Made by a program: the position numbers and the translations under genes. A DNA stretch of 64,000 bases from the NCBI GenBank assembly GCA_026708285.1, contig JAPOVF010000399.1:46669-110668 (forward strand). Direction: 5' to 3'. Under the pieces are notes generated by a model that worked only from the letters and a program-made list of their open reading frames with translations, did no database searches and had not been told where the DNA came from. Source of the stretch: Acidobacteriota bacterium (GTDB lineage: Bacteria; Acidobacteriota; Thermoanaerobaculia; Multivoradales; Multivoraceae). Of this stretch, positions 38,714 to 49,609 are shown piece after piece (positions within the stretch are counted from its first letter, which is position 1; each line of letters opens with the position of its first letter).

Positions 38714-40114
38714 ATGAGCATCGACGCCGTTCTGGAGAGGGTGGACCGGGAAACCGGCGCCAGCCTCGAGCAGTTGAAGGACTACCTCCGGATCCCGTCC
38801 ATCTCGACGGACCCCGCTTACGCGGGAGAGGTGGGGCGCTGCGCCGGATTCGTCGAGGAACGGCTGAAGGCCGCAGGCCTGGACACGGAGATCATCGAGA
38901 CCGCGGGCCATCCGCTGGTCTACGGTGAGTGGCTAGGCGCTCCCGGCCGTCCCACCGTTCTCTTTTATGGCCACTACGACGTGCAGCCGGTGGACCCCCT
39001 GGACGAGTGGCGTCACGACCCGTTCGAGCCGACCATCGAGACCGGCGAGCGTGGCGAGCGGATCGTGGCGCGGGGCGCGACGGACGACAAGGGCCAGTCC
39101 TTCACCCACATCAAGGCGGTCGAGGCGCTGATGGCGGAGACCGGCAGTCTGCCCGTCAACGTGAAGTTCCTGATCGAAGGCGAGGAGGAATGCGGCGGCG
39201 AGGCGATCGAGGCCTATGTCCGGAGTCGGGCAGCTGAACGGCTCGGCTGCGACCTGGCGCTGGTCTCGGACACCTCGATGTACGGACCGGGCCAGCCCTC
39301 CGTTCTCTACGGCCTGAAGGGGCTGCTCTACACCGAGGTCCGGGTCCGCGGAGCGGCCCGGGATCTCCACTCCGGCACGTTCGGCGGTGCGGTGGCGAAT
39401 CCGCTCAACGCCCTGGCGACGATGCTGGCCGGGCTGCGCGACCCGGAGGACGGCCGGATTCTGATCCCCGGTTTCTACGACGACGTGCGGCCACTGGCCG
39501 CGGGCGAGCGCTCGGCGTTCGCCGCGCTGCCGTTCGACGAGACGAAGTACGGCGACGAGATCGGCGCCACCGCCCTGTGGGGCGAGGCCGGCTACACGAC
39601 CCTGGAAAGGGTCTGGGCCCGGCCGACGTGCGATGTCAACGGGATCTGGGGCGGCTATCAGGGCCCGGGCGCCAAGACGGTGATCGCCAACCGCGCCGGC
39701 GCCAAGGTCTCCATGCGCCTGGTTCCCGACCAGGAACCGGATCGGATCTTCAGGGCCCTCGCCGAGCACCTGCGAGCGGCGGCTCCCCCCGGCATCGAGG
39801 TGGAGGTGGATCACCTGAACGGAGCACCGCCGGTACTCGTCGACCTCGAAGGGCCGCTCGTCGATGCGGCTCTCGTGGGCGTGGAGGAGGCCTGGGGCCG
39901 CGCTCCGGTCCGGGTTCGGGAAGGCGGTTCGATTCCGATCGTCTCGACGCTGTCGGAGGTGCTGCGCGCGCCGGTCCTGCTGATCGGATTCGGCCTCTCC
40001 GACGACCGGCTGCACGCGCCGAACGAGAAGATGGACCTCGTCAACTTCTACCAGGGCATTCGCACGATCGTTCGCGTACTCGACCGGGTGGGTTCCGTCG
40101 ATCCGGGAGCTTGA
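38714..40114 (+). CDS. M20-family metallopeptidase/dipeptidase
   Basis: Motifs YGHYDVQP, ARGATDDKGQ and EGEEECGG are M20/ArgE/DapE signature metal-binding residues. Confidence 0.7.
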   Translation: MSIDAVLERVDRETGASLEQLKDYLRIPSISTDPAYAGEVGRCAGFVEERLKAAGLDTEIIETAGHPLVYGEWLGAPGRPTVLFYGHYDVQPVDPLDEWRHDPFEPTIETGERGERIVARGATDDKGQSFTHIKAVEALMAETGSLPVNVKFLIEGEEECGGEAIEAYVRSRAAERLGCDLALVSDTSMYGPGQPSVLYGLKGLLYTEVRVRGAARDLHSGTFGGAVANPLNALATMLAGLRDPEDGRILIPGFYDDVRPLAAGERSAFAALPFDETKYGDEIGATALWGEAGYTTLERVWARPTCDVNGIWGGYQGPGAKTVIANRAGAKVSMRLVPDQEPDRIFRALAEHLRAAAPPGIEVEVDHLNGAPPVLVDLEGPLVDAALVGVEEAWGRAPVRVREGGSIPIVSTLSEVLRAPVLLIGFGLSDDRLHAPNEKMDLVNFYQGIRTIVRVLDRVGSVDPGA

Positions 40115-40686
40115 ACGAGCGCGAGATCAAGATCCCCGTGAGCGACCTGGACGCCGTCCGGGAGCGGCTGGTCGCGGTGGGCGCCGATCCTCACCGCCCG
40201 GCTTCGCTGGAAAGGAACGTGGTGTTCGATCGAGTCGACCAGCCGGTGGACCAGAGGCTGCGGTCCCGCGGCGAGTTGCTTCGTCTGCGCACCGACGGCG
40301 CCGGCAGCCGGCTGACCTTCAAGTCGGCGCCGCGATTCGAGAGTGGCGTCAAGGAGCGGCTGGAACACGAGGTCTCGGTCGATGACCCGGAGGCCACCCG
40401 GCTCGTGCTGCAGTCCCTGGGATTCGCGGTCACCGCCCGCTACGAGAAGGTCCGCGAGACGTGGCGGCTGCTCGGTTGCGAGGTCGCGCTCGACCGGACC
40501 CCCATGGGCGGCTTCGTGGAAGTGGAGGAACTGGCCGGCGGTGCGCCGGCGGACCGGATCGAGCAGGTCTGCCGGCGCTGCGGGCTCGATGCCGGTCGCG
40601 CGGTGCCGGAGGACTACCTGGCGCTCTACCGGAGCTATCGCGAGGGCCGGGGGGAGCTGCCGCGGGACATGGTCTTCACGCAGTGA
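40111..40686 (+). CDS. CYTH-domain protein (class IV adenylate cyclase/triphosphatase fold)
   Basis: 191 aa beginning REIKIPV (CYTH ExExK-type start). The TTG start overlaps the M20 stop (gcTTGAacg). Confidence 0.55.
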   Translation: MNEREIKIPVSDLDAVRERLVAVGADPHRPASLERNVVFDRVDQPVDQRLRSRGELLRLRTDGAGSRLTFKSAPRFESGVKERLEHEVSVDDPEATRLVLQSLGFAVTARYEKVRETWRLLGCEVALDRTPMGGFVEVEELAGGAPADRIEQVCRRCGLDAGRAVPEDYLALYRSYREGRGELPRDMVFTQ

Positions 40687-41735
40687 GGCCCGAGGGCCGG
40701 CGGGTGCGGGCGCTCGTTCTCTGCGCCGGACGGGGCGAACGGCTCCGGCCGCTGACCGGCGGGCTCGCCAAGCCGCTGCTGCCGGTCGCCGGCCGCGCGG
40801 TGGCGACGCGGACGATCGAGATCCTCCACCGTGCCGGGTGCGAAACCGCGGTCAACCTGCACCACCTTTCGGAGTCCGTGCGGCGGGGACTCACCTCGGA
40901 AGCCGGCGAACGCGGAATCGACCTGACCTTTGCCCTCGAGCGGGATCTGCTGGGGACCCTGGGAGCGGTCGTCAACCTTCGGGACTTCCTGGCCGAGGGC
41001 GACGACATCGTGCTCGTGAACGGCGACTCGCTCTGCCGCTGGCCGCTGCGCGACGTCCTTGACCGGCACCGCAGGAGCGGAGCCGACGTCACCCTTCAGA
41101 TCGGCCCTACACCTCCCGGTGAGGGCCTGGGCGGCGGGGTGGAGGTCGATCACCGCGGGCTCGTCACCGGGCTCCGCGACCTGCGCGTCGGCTCGTTGCG
41201 CGGACGGAACCGGACCTTCCAGGGGTTGCACGTCCTGTCGCGCCGGGTCCTGGACGCCGTTCCGTCGCCCGCGACCTCGAACGACATCGTCGAAGGCCTC
41301 TACCAGCCTCTCCTGCGCGCGGGGTCCCGGATCGTCGGCTTCGGCTGCCGTCGCCGCTGGCACGACCTCGGCACACCGCGCCGCTATCTGGACGGCGCCC
41401 TCGACTGGGGACGGACCGCCGGCGGCCGTCGGCGGCGCCGGCGCTTCGTCGCCCCGGGCGTCACGATCGGCAGCGGCGCGGCCGTGGAGCACAGCGTGGT
41501 CGAGACCGGCTGTCGCCTGGGCGCCGGCTCGCTGGTAGAGCGGAGTCTGCTGATGCCGGGTGTCCGGATCGGCGACGGAGCCCTGCTTCACGACTCGATC
41601 GTGGCGCCGGGAGTTCAGGTGCCCTCGGGGCTCGAGGTGCACGGCCGGCTCGTCACACCCCCCGACTGGGGCCGAACCCGGGACGGGCGGTCAGAAGAGC
41701 GGGACGGGCTCGTCTATACGCCCCTAGGCCAGTAA
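40683..41735 (+). CDS. sugar-phosphate nucleotidyltransferase with C-terminal left-handed beta-helix
   Basis: N-terminal ALVLCAGRGERLRPLTGGLAKPLLPVAG (the NTP-transferase G-x-G-x-R-L loop) and C-terminal hexapeptide repeats. The GTG start overlaps the CYTH stop (caGTGAgg). Confidence 0.7.
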   Translation: MRPEGRRVRALVLCAGRGERLRPLTGGLAKPLLPVAGRAVATRTIEILHRAGCETAVNLHHLSESVRRGLTSEAGERGIDLTFALERDLLGTLGAVVNLRDFLAEGDDIVLVNGDSLCRWPLRDVLDRHRRSGADVTLQIGPTPPGEGLGGGVEVDHRGLVTGLRDLRVGSLRGRNRTFQGLHVLSRRVLDAVPSPATSNDIVEGLYQPLLRAGSRIVGFGCRRRWHDLGTPRRYLDGALDWGRTAGGRRRRRRFVAPGVTIGSGAAVEHSVVETGCRLGAGSLVERSLLMPGVRIGDGALLHDSIVAPGVQVPSGLEVHGRLVTPPDWGRTRDGRSEERDGLVYTPLGQ

Positions 41736-43043
41736 CACCTCCCGCAGCGCCGGATCCTCGGCCGGTATCTCGATGATCCGCTCGGGGAGGTGCGCGCAGC
41801 GCTCGAGCGCCGGCGGTACCGGCGGCGTGATGCCGACGGCGTCGCGGATCACGTTGGCGAACTTCGCCGGGTGCGCCGTCCCCAGCACGACGCCGGTGCC
41901 GCCGCCCCGGGCTTCGAGTTCGTCCTTCAGGCCGAGGTAGCCGACGGCCGTGTGGGGGTCCAGCATGCAGCCGCGGTTCTCGTACACCTCGCGCATCGCG
42001 CTTCGCGTGGCCCGATCGTCGAAGGAGTGGCCGGCCAGGTCACTCCGGAGGTCGGAGAGGGGGTCGGTCCCGTCGGAGTACAGGTGCCGGATGCGGGCGA
42101 AGTTGCTGGGATCGCCGACGTCCATCGCGTTGGAGATCGTGGCCACCGAGGCGCGCGCCAGGTAGTCGCCGCTGGCGAGGTACGCGGGGACGACGTCGTT
42201 CACGTTCGTGGCCGCGACGAAACGCGAGACGGGAAGACCGATGCGCTTGGCGAGCAGGCCGGCGGTCAGGTTGCCGAAGTTACCGCTCGGCGTGGAGAAG
42301 ATGAGCGGGCCGTCGGCTTGGCCGGGAGACGCCGACAAGAGCTGCGCCCAGGCGTGGAAGTAGTAGAAGACCTGTGGCAGCAGTCGTCCGACGTTGATCG
42401 AGTTGGCGGAAGCGAGAGGCCGCCGCCCCCGCAGTTCCCGGTCCGCGAACGCGGCCCGGGCCATGCGCTGGCAGTCGTCGAAGGTTCCCGCGACGGCCAC
42501 GGCGGTCACGTTGCCGCCCAGGGTGGTGAACAGGCGCCGCTGGGCCTCGGTCACCAGACCCTGGGGGTAGAGCACGCAGACCCTGAACCCGGCAACACCG
42601 CTGAAGGCGTGCGCCACGGCGCTTCCGGTGTCCCCGCTGGTGGCCACGATCACGGTGGTGTCCAGACCCTCGGCATCGGTGAAGCGCGACATGAGCCGGG
42701 CCATGACCCGGGCCGCGATGTCCTTGAACGCCAGCGTCGGTCCGTGGAACAGCTCCAGGCAGAAGATGCCGGGTTCGATCGGGACGAGGGGGATGGGGAA
42801 GTCGAGGGCGTCTTCGAGCAGCAAGGCGAGGTCTTCCTCCGGGACTTCCGAGCCGAACAGGCGGCTGCCGAGGATGCTCGAAATGCCGGTCAGGGGCATC
42901 AGTCTCAGGAGGGCCAACTGCTCGGCCGTCAGCGGCTCCAGGCGCTCCGGGACGTACAGGCCGCCGTCCGGGGCCGGACCCTCGAGCAGGGCGCGGCCCA
43001 GGGACGCCGCCGGCGCCTGGCCGCCGGTGCTGACGAAGCGCAA
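41724..43043 (-). CDS. thrC: threonine synthase
   Basis: PLP-lysine motif FHGPTLAFKD and a long fold-type II PLP domain. Confidence 0.85.
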   Translation of the reverse strand: MRFVSTGGQAPAASLGRALLEGPAPDGGLYVPERLEPLTAEQLALLRLMPLTGISSILGSRLFGSEVPEEDLALLLEDALDFPIPLVPIEPGIFCLELFHGPTLAFKDIAARVMARLMSRFTDAEGLDTTVIVATSGDTGSAVAHAFSGVAGFRVCVLYPQGLVTEAQRRLFTTLGGNVTAVAVAGTFDDCQRMARAAFADRELRGRRPLASANSINVGRLLPQVFYYFHAWAQLLSASPGQADGPLIFSTPSGNFGNLTAGLLAKRIGLPVSRFVAATNVNDVVPAYLASGDYLARASVATISNAMDVGDPSNFARIRHLYSDGTDPLSDLRSDLAGHSFDDRATRSAMREVYENRGCMLDPHTAVGYLGLKDELEARGGGTGVVLGTAHPAKFANVIRDAVGITPPVPPALERCAHLPERIIEIPAEDPALREVLLA

Positions 43044-43045
43044 GG

Positions 43046-44053
43046 TCAGGCTCCGTCCGTGTCGCCGGCGCCTTCGATCACGCGCGCGCCCGGGGCCGGC
43101 AGCGGCGACACGAGCCGGTCGCAGTCGACCCCCAGGGCGTGCTCGAGGGCGGCCGCCATCGCCGCGGCGACCTCCCCGGCGCGGTCTCTGCCGTCACAGA
43201 GGGCGAACACGGCGGGACCGCTGCCCGAAAGGCTGCAGCCGAGCGCTCCGGCAGCGATGGCCGCCTGTTTGGCGTCGTAGAAGCCGGGTACGTTCGGCCC
43301 CCGCACGGGCTCGGCGACCACGTCGACCAGGGATCGGGACAGGAGTTCAAGGTCGTTGCGGTAGAGCGACGCCACCAGAGCCGCGGCGTTGCCCCACTGG
43401 GTCACCGCGCGCTCAAGCGGCAGATCGCGGTCGAGTCTCGACCGTGATTCCCGGGTGTTCACGTGGGTGTGGGGCCGCGCGAGGGCGCAGGTGAGACCCT
43501 CGGGCACCGGCAACTCGACGACGTCCGGCTCCGGCTCGAGCGAACGGACCAGGACCAGGCCTCCGAACAGCGCCGGGGCCAGGTTGTCCGCGTGGGCGCC
43601 GCCGCTCGCCAGGACCTCTCCGGCCAGCGCGTAGCGCAGCAGAGCCGCTGGCGGCAGCTCGAGTCCCAGCAGGGCATCGACCGCGACGACTGCCGCCACC
43701 GCGCTGGCGGCACTCGAGCCGAGGCCGCTTTCGAGCGGCATGCGTTTCTCGATCTCCAGGTCGACGGCGCGATCCGGAGCCTCCGCCTGGAGCAGCGCCC
43801 GGGCTGCCACCGCCGCGGTGTTCCTGCCGGTCTCGTGTGGCAGCCGGCCGTCGTCGCCGGCAATCGCCGTGATCCTGACCGGGCCGCAAGCTCCGGCGCG
43901 GCCGTCCCGGACCCCCTCGGTCGCTGTGACCACGTCACCCGGTCCGGACGGGGAGCGGTCGGCCTCCGACTGCAGGGCGAAGCCCAGAATGTCGAATCCA
44001 CAGCCGATGTTCGAGACCGACGCCGGGGCGAACGCCCTCACCGAGCGGCTCAT
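43046..44053 (-). CDS. thrB: homoserine kinase
   Basis: GHMP kinase motif PLESGLGSSAASAVA and N-terminal NIGCGFDILGFAL. The start is set at the internal Met abutting asd. Confidence 0.85.
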   Translation of the reverse strand: MSRSVRAFAPASVSNIGCGFDILGFALQSEADRSPSGPGDVVTATEGVRDGRAGACGPVRITAIAGDDGRLPHETGRNTAAVAARALLQAEAPDRAVDLEIEKRMPLESGLGSSAASAVAAVVAVDALLGLELPPAALLRYALAGEVLASGGAHADNLAPALFGGLVLVRSLEPEPDVVELPVPEGLTCALARPHTHVNTRESRSRLDRDLPLERAVTQWGNAAALVASLYRNDLELLSRSLVDVVAEPVRGPNVPGFYDAKQAAIAAGALGCSLSGSGPAVFALCDGRDRAGEVAAAMAAALEHALGVDCDRLVSPLPAPGARVIEGAGDTDGA

Positions 44054-45135
44054 CCGCCGGTTTGCCGGGCGCATCGGGCGACCACGAGTTCCGCGGCCAG
44101 CACGGCGCCGCCGGCGGCGCCCCGCAGCGTGTTGTGCGACAGGGCGACGAACCGGAAGTCGAGCACGGGGCACTCGCGCAACCGGCCGATCGGGACCGTC
44201 ATGCCCTGCCCCAGGTCGCGGTGAATCCGGGTTTGGGGCGGCTCGTCATCGCCAAGGTAGACCGTAGGCAGTTCCGGCGCCGAGAACAGGCCGAGCTCCT
44301 GCGGTTCACCGCGGAAGCTGCGCCAGGCCTCCCGCACCTCCTCCGGTTCGGGCTCGCTCTTCAGGCTGACCGAGATGCAGAGCGTGTGGCCGTCGACGAC
44401 GGGTACGCGGTTGCACTGGGCCGAGACCACGATCCGGGCCGGATCGATCGCGCCTTTGTCGACCCGACCGAGGATCTTCCCGGTTTCGATCTCGAGCTTC
44501 TCCTCCTCGCTGGCAATCCACGGAATCACGTTGTCCATCATCTCGTAGCTCGAGATTCCGGGCAGGCCCGCGCCGGAGACCGCCTGCAGGGTAACCACCG
44601 AGAGGCGGTCGATGCCGAACGCGTCGTGCAGCGGCTTGAGCGCCAGCACCAGGCCGATCGTCGAGCAGTTGGGGTTGGCGACGATGCCGCTCGGCAGCAG
44701 GGCGCCATCTGTTGGCGGCGCCAGCAGGTCCAGGTGGTCCGGATTGACCTCGGGCACCAGCAGCGGGACGTTCTCGTCCATGCGGTGTGCGCTCGCGTTG
44801 GTGACCACGAGGCTGCGCCGGGCGAACTCGGGCTCGATGTCTCTCGCCACGCTGGCGTCCAGGGCGGAGAAGACCAGGTCGAAGTCGTCGCCGTCGAGCT
44901 CGTCGCAGGTCCGTACGGTCATCGCGGCGATCCGTTCGTCGACCGGCTGCGTCTGGATCCAGGTCACGGCGTCGCGATAGCTCTTCCCGGCCGAGCGCTC
45001 GGAAGCCGCCAGGGCCCCGATCTCGAACCACGGGTGTCCGGCGAGCAACGTGACGAACCGCTGGCCCACCGTGCCGGTCGCGCCCAGGACCGCCGCGCGC
45101 AGGGGGCGACTCGGGTTCAGGCCAAGAGGACTCAT
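44050..45135 (-). CDS. asd: aspartate-semialdehyde dehydrogenase
   Basis: NAD-binding AVLGATGTVGQRF and the catalytic Cys region SNPNCSTIGLVLAL. Confidence 0.85.
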   Translation of the reverse strand: MSPLGLNPSRPLRAAVLGATGTVGQRFVTLLAGHPWFEIGALAASERSAGKSYRDAVTWIQTQPVDERIAAMTVRTCDELDGDDFDLVFSALDASVARDIEPEFARRSLVVTNASAHRMDENVPLLVPEVNPDHLDLLAPPTDGALLPSGIVANPNCSTIGLVLALKPLHDAFGIDRLSVVTLQAVSGAGLPGISSYEMMDNVIPWIASEEEKLEIETGKILGRVDKGAIDPARIVVSAQCNRVPVVDGHTLCISVSLKSEPEPEEVREAWRSFRGEPQELGLFSAPELPTVYLGDDEPPQTRIHRDLGQGMTVPIGRLRECPVLDFRFVALSHNTLRGAAGGAVLAAELVVARCARQTGG

Positions 45136-45178
45136 GACGGGCTCCCAGGTTGCCGCGGGCCGCCGGAGGAGGGAGCGC

Positions 45179-47722
45179 TCATGGGGCGGAGCCCCTCTCG
45201 GCCCAGGCCCGGAGTATGTCAGCGAAGACACCGCCCGCGGTCAGGTCGGTGCCGGCGCCCGGACCCTGGACGACCAGGGGGCGTTCCCGGTAGCGCCGGC
45301 TGCGGAACACGAACATGTTGTCCGAAGCCGGCATGCCCGCCACCGGGTGGTCGGCGGGCACGGCTCGCAGACCGACCCGGGCGGCGGCCGCTTCGCCGGA
45401 CAGGTCGAGTTCGGCCAGGTAGGCGAGCTCCAGCCCAGCCGACGCGGCGTCGGCGAAACGGTGCTTCATCTCGCCGTCGGCTTTGGCCAGCCGTTCCCAC
45501 CAGGCGTCGAGCGGCAGGTTGCCCAGCTCGGGCCGGTCGAGCATGGGTTCGACCTCGATGTCGTCCAGATCGAGATCGCAGCCGCAGATCCGCGCCAGGA
45601 TGAGCAGCTTGCGGGCGACGTCCAGGCCGCCGAGATCGTCTCGCGGATCCGGTTCCGTGTAGCCCAGGCGGTGGGCCTCGCGGACCGCTTCGCTCCACAC
45701 GTCGCCCGCGCCCAGCTTGCCGGTCAGATAGGCGAGGGTGCCCGAGAACACCCCGGAAACCGTGTCGATGCGGTCGCCCGCGCCGAGCAGCATGTCCGCG
45801 GTGTGGAGCACCGGCAGGCCCGCGCCGACGGTCGCCTCGTGGAAGACGTTCTGCGCTCCGTTCGACCGGAAGGCGCGAAAGTCAGCGATCGGTCCCGCGA
45901 AGGGCAGCTTGTTCGCGCTGGCGACCGCCGCGCCGGCGGCCAGCGCGCCGTGGTAGACGGCGGCCAGGGAGCCGCTGGCGGTCACGTCGACGAGCACCGT
46001 GCGGCCGCCGCCGGCCGCCGTCTCGCCGAGGTGGTCGAGCAGGCGGTTCAGGTCGGCTGCTTCGCCGCTGCGCTCGAGCACGGACCGCCAACCTTCGGGG
46101 TCGCGCGCGGCGCCGGCGTCGAGGCTCCTGCCGCGGCGGGTCTGAAGGTGCATGTAGCGAGAGCTGGCTAGGCCCCGCAACTGCAGGTCGATCCCCTGCC
46201 GGGAGAGGGACTCGCGCTCGGCCGCCAGTTGCCGCAAGAGCGCCGAGCCGACCCCGCCGACACCGAGGACGTAGACCGCGAGCCGTCCCGAAGCGGCGCG
46301 GTGGAAGAACTCCCGGTGGATCCAGCGGACCGCCCGGCCCTCGTCGGCCCTGGCCACGACCATCGAGATGTTCCGTTCGGACGACCCCTGGGCCACGGCC
46401 CTCACATTCACCCCGCGCCGGCCCAGGATGCCGAACACGCGTCCCGCAATGCCGGGCCGATCCCGCATGCCGTCGCCAACCACGGCAACGATCGACTGGT
46501 CCCGCTCGACCCTGATGGGCCGCACCGATCCGGCCATGATCTCCGCCTGGAACTCGGCGTCTACCGCTTTCCTGGCCGCTTCGGAGACGCCGGGCTCGAC
46601 CGCGAAGCAGATCGAGTGCTCGCTCGAGGCCTGGGAGATCAGGATCGCGCTGGCGCCGCTCGCCGCCAGGGCGTCGAACAGCCGCGCGGCGACTCCCGGA
46701 GTGCCGACCAGGTTGTCGCCGACCAGGAGCATCAGGTGGACATCGTCGATCGAGGAGATGCCGGTAACCGCGGTTCCCCGGGCCCTCTCCCTGGCGAGTC
46801 CGTCGTCGTCGATCAGCGTGCCGGGATGCTCGGGGTCGAGGGTGTTGCGGACCAGCAGCGGAATGCCCTTGCGCCGCGCCGGCGTCACGGTCGGCGGATA
46901 GACGACCCTGGCGCCGAAGTGGGAGAGTTCGAGCATCTCCTCGTAGCTCAGCCGCGGGATCGGCAGCGCGTCCTCCACGCGCCGGGGGTCGGCCGTCATC
47001 ACGCCGGGGACGTCGGTCCAGATCTCGATCCGCTCGGCCTCGAGCGCGGCGCCGACGAGGGCCGCGGTGAGGTCGGAGCCGCTGCGTCCCAGGGTCGTCG
47101 TCTCACCCTCCGGACTACTTCCCAGGAAACCGGTGATCACCTGCAGCGGGGCATCGCGCCCCAGTGCGGCGAAGTGGGAGGCGATCGCCCGGAGGGTCGG
47201 TTCCAGATCGACCGTCGCCCCCTGGAACGAGCGATCGGTGGAGACCATGGGGCGTGCGTCGCAGGCCGCGGCAGGCAGCCCCTCGGCGCGCAGCGCGGCG
47301 GCCAGGAGCTGGGTGGACAGGAGTTCCCCGTGGCAGACGATCCGGTCGATCAGGGCCTCGTTCGAACGGCCGTCGCCAGCGCCGTCCGGAGCGCAGTCGC
47401 TCAGTGCCGATGCAAGGTCGTCGCACAGGGACTCGACCGTGGCCGCGACCGCCGGCCGCTCGTCGTCGGCCGCTACCTGGCCCGCGATGTCCAGGTGATG
47501 GACGCGAAGCGCCTCCGCCTCGCGTGCCGCCTCAGCCGGATCGCGCCCCTCGAGGCAGGCCGAGGCAAGCCCCAGCAGCCGGTCGGTGACGCCTCCAAGG
47601 GCCGACACCACCACCGCGCCGTTCGCGGCCGAGCCTTCGAGCCGCCTCCGCACAATGCGGGCCGCGACCTGCAGCCGGCCTGCATCGGCCACGGAGGAGC
47701 CGCCGAACTTGAGGACCTTCAT
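45179..47722 (-). CDS. thrA: bifunctional aspartokinase / homoserine dehydrogenase
   Basis: 847 aa with an aspartokinase N-terminus ([17 protein letters not shown]), ACT domains and a C-terminal homoserine dehydrogenase domain. Confidence 0.85.
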   Translation of the reverse strand: MKVLKFGGSSVADAGRLQVAARIVRRRLEGSAANGAVVVSALGGVTDRLLGLASACLEGRDPAEAAREAEALRVHHLDIAGQVAADDERPAVAATVESLCDDLASALSDCAPDGAGDGRSNEALIDRIVCHGELLSTQLLAAALRAEGLPAAACDARPMVSTDRSFQGATVDLEPTLRAIASHFAALGRDAPLQVITGFLGSSPEGETTTLGRSGSDLTAALVGAALEAERIEIWTDVPGVMTADPRRVEDALPIPRLSYEEMLELSHFGARVVYPPTVTPARRKGIPLLVRNTLDPEHPGTLIDDDGLARERARGTAVTGISSIDDVHLMLLVGDNLVGTPGVAARLFDALAASGASAILISQASSEHSICFAVEPGVSEAARKAVDAEFQAEIMAGSVRPIRVERDQSIVAVVGDGMRDRPGIAGRVFGILGRRGVNVRAVAQGSSERNISMVVARADEGRAVRWIHREFFHRAASGRLAVYVLGVGGVGSALLRQLAAERESLSRQGIDLQLRGLASSRYMHLQTRRGRSLDAGAARDPEGWRSVLERSGEAADLNRLLDHLGETAAGGGRTVLVDVTASGSLAAVYHGALAAGAAVASANKLPFAGPIADFRAFRSNGAQNVFHEATVGAGLPVLHTADMLLGAGDRIDTVSGVFSGTLAYLTGKLGAGDVWSEAVREAHRLGYTEPDPRDDLGGLDVARKLLILARICGCDLDLDDIEVEPMLDRPELGNLPLDAWWERLAKADGEMKHRFADAASAGLELAYLAELDLSGEAAAARVGLRAVPADHPVAGMPASDNMFVFRSRRYRERPLVVQGPGAGTDLTAGGVFADILRAWAERGSAP

Positions 47723-47834
47723 GATGCGTCGGAGGTGGAGTCACGTCGTCGGTAGGGCGCGAAAGGCGCATTAGCGTACACGCCAACGCGAGCCGGCGCT
47801 ATGGCGTGAGTTCGCCGAAGCGAAGTCGTCGGAC

Positions 47835-48165
47835 GCACCCGCCCTTGGGTCCGGAGGGGTCAGCTCCCAGGGTGACGTGAGCGCTTGAGAGGAGATGTGA
47901 GGAGATGGCGCTCACTCCGCTTCACTCGCTCCGGTTGGTCGTCCGTTGCGTGGGGGGCGTCGGCCGTCGCTCGTTCAGAGGCACCTGGGAGCTGACCCCT
48001 CCGACCCCGACCGGGCTGGAGGTCGTTGCCGTGAGGCGAGGCACCGACCTGCAACCTCCGCAGCGGTCCCATGTCATCCGCATGTAGAGAAGTCCGCCAC
48101 ACCGGGGCCGATCTGTGGGTGCGCGGACCGTGGCGCGGACCTTCTGGTCCGCGTTTGCCGCATCC
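47835..48165 (+). repeat. ~340-bp structured intergenic repeat, copy C
   Basis: Near-identical to copy A over the 5' ~230 bp, including both 20-bp inverted-repeat arms. The 3' hairpin GCGGACCTTCTGGTCCGC is present. Confidence 0.85.
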
Positions 48166-48194
48166 GCCGTAGGCGGAATCCGCGGCGGCCTGTT

Positions 48195-49226
48195 TCAGAA
48201 CAGGGTGCCCCGGACTTGCAGGTCCAGGTGTTCGTACGCTCGCTTTGTCGCCACCCGGCCACGGCGGGTGCGCTGTAGGAATCCCTTCTGGACGAGGTAC
48301 GGCTCGTAGAAGTCCTCGATCGTTCCCTCGTCTTCCCCGACCGAGGCCGCGAGCGCCTTCAGGCCGGCCGGGCCGCCCCCGTACTGTTCGATCAGCAGTT
48401 TCATGATCCTGCGGTCGATCTTGTCCAGGCCCTGCTCGTCGACCTCCTGCTGAAGGAGAGCCTCGTTTGCGGTGTCGCGGTCGATCCGTCCGTCCGCTTC
48501 GATCTGCGCGTAGTCGCGCACCCGTCGCAGCAGCCGGTTCGCGATCCTGGGCGTACCGCGGCTGCGCCGCGCGATCTCGTCGGCGCCGCCCAGATCGACT
48601 GGCACCTCGAGCAGATCGGCGGAGCGCTGGATGATCACGCTGAGGACGTCGGGACCGTAGAAGTCGAGCCGGTGGACGATGCCGAAGCGCCCCTGCAGCG
48701 GCGGTGTGATCAGGCCGGCGCGGGTCGTGGCCCCGACCAGCGTGAAGCGTGGCAGGTCGATGCGCACCGTCCTGGCCATCGGTCCGGAGCCGATCACCAG
48801 GTCGAGCTGGAAGTCCTCCAGCGCAGGGTAGAGGATCTCCTCCACGGTCGGACCGAGACGGTGGATCTCGTCGATGAAGAGGACGTCCCCGGGCTCGAGG
48901 TTGGTCAGGATCGCTGCCAGGTCGCCCGCCCGCTCCAGGACCGGACCGGAAGTGGATCGCAGCGCCGAACCCATCTCCCTGGCGATGATGTGCGCGAGGG
49001 TCGTCTTGCCCAGCCCGGGGGGGCCGAACAGCAGCACGTGATCCAGAGCTTCGCCCCGCCGGCGCGCGGCCTGCATGTAGATGTCGAGCAGCTCGACGAT
49101 CTTCTCCTGGCCCAGATACTCGCTCAGCCGCTGCGGCCGAAGCGACGGTTCGAGACGGCGATCCTCCGCGTCCCCGACGGCTGAGAGAACGCTCTCTTCA
49201 CCGTCGGTGCCGCCGGTCCCGGCCAT
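48195..49226 (-). CDS. ruvB: Holliday junction branch migration helicase RuvB
   Basis: [15 protein letters not shown] and Walker [16 protein letters not shown]. Confidence 0.9.
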   Translation of the reverse strand: MAGTGGTDGEESVLSAVGDAEDRRLEPSLRPQRLSEYLGQEKIVELLDIYMQAARRRGEALDHVLLFGPPGLGKTTLAHIIAREMGSALRSTSGPVLERAGDLAAILTNLEPGDVLFIDEIHRLGPTVEEILYPALEDFQLDLVIGSGPMARTVRIDLPRFTLVGATTRAGLITPPLQGRFGIVHRLDFYGPDVLSVIIQRSADLLEVPVDLGGADEIARRSRGTPRIANRLLRRVRDYAQIEADGRIDRDTANEALLQQEVDEQGLDKIDRRIMKLLIEQYGGGPAGLKALAASVGEDEGTIEDFYEPYLVQKGFLQRTRRGRVATKRAYEHLDLQVRGTLF

Positions 49227-49261
49227 GGTCGGATGCTATCGCGGCCCCTGACACTGGCCGC

Positions 49262-49599
49262 CTGCCCGGATTCCGCCTGCGGCGGATGCGGACCAAAAGG
49301 TCCGCGCACCCAGAGAGCGACCCCGGTGTGGCGGACTTCTCTACATGCGGATCACACGAGACCGCTACGGGCGTTGCAGGTCGGTGCCTCGCCGCACGGC
49401 AACGACGTCCAGCCCGTCTCGGGGCCGGAGGGGTCAGCTCCCAGGTGCCTCTGAACGAGCGACGGCCGGCGCCCCTCCACGCAGCCGACGACCAACCGGA
49501 GCAAGTGAAGCGGAGTGAGCGCCATCCCCTCACATCTCCTCTCAAGCGCTCACGTCACCCTGGGAGCTGACCCCTCCGGACCCAGGACGGGCGGGTGCG
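49262..49599 (-). repeat. ~340-bp structured intergenic repeat, copy D (inverted orientation)
   Basis: Its reverse complement matches copies A and C. It contains GCGGACCAAAAGGTCCGC hairpin variant and fills the ruvA-ruvB gap. Confidence 0.85.
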
Positions 49600-49609
49600 T
49601 CCGGTGCGT

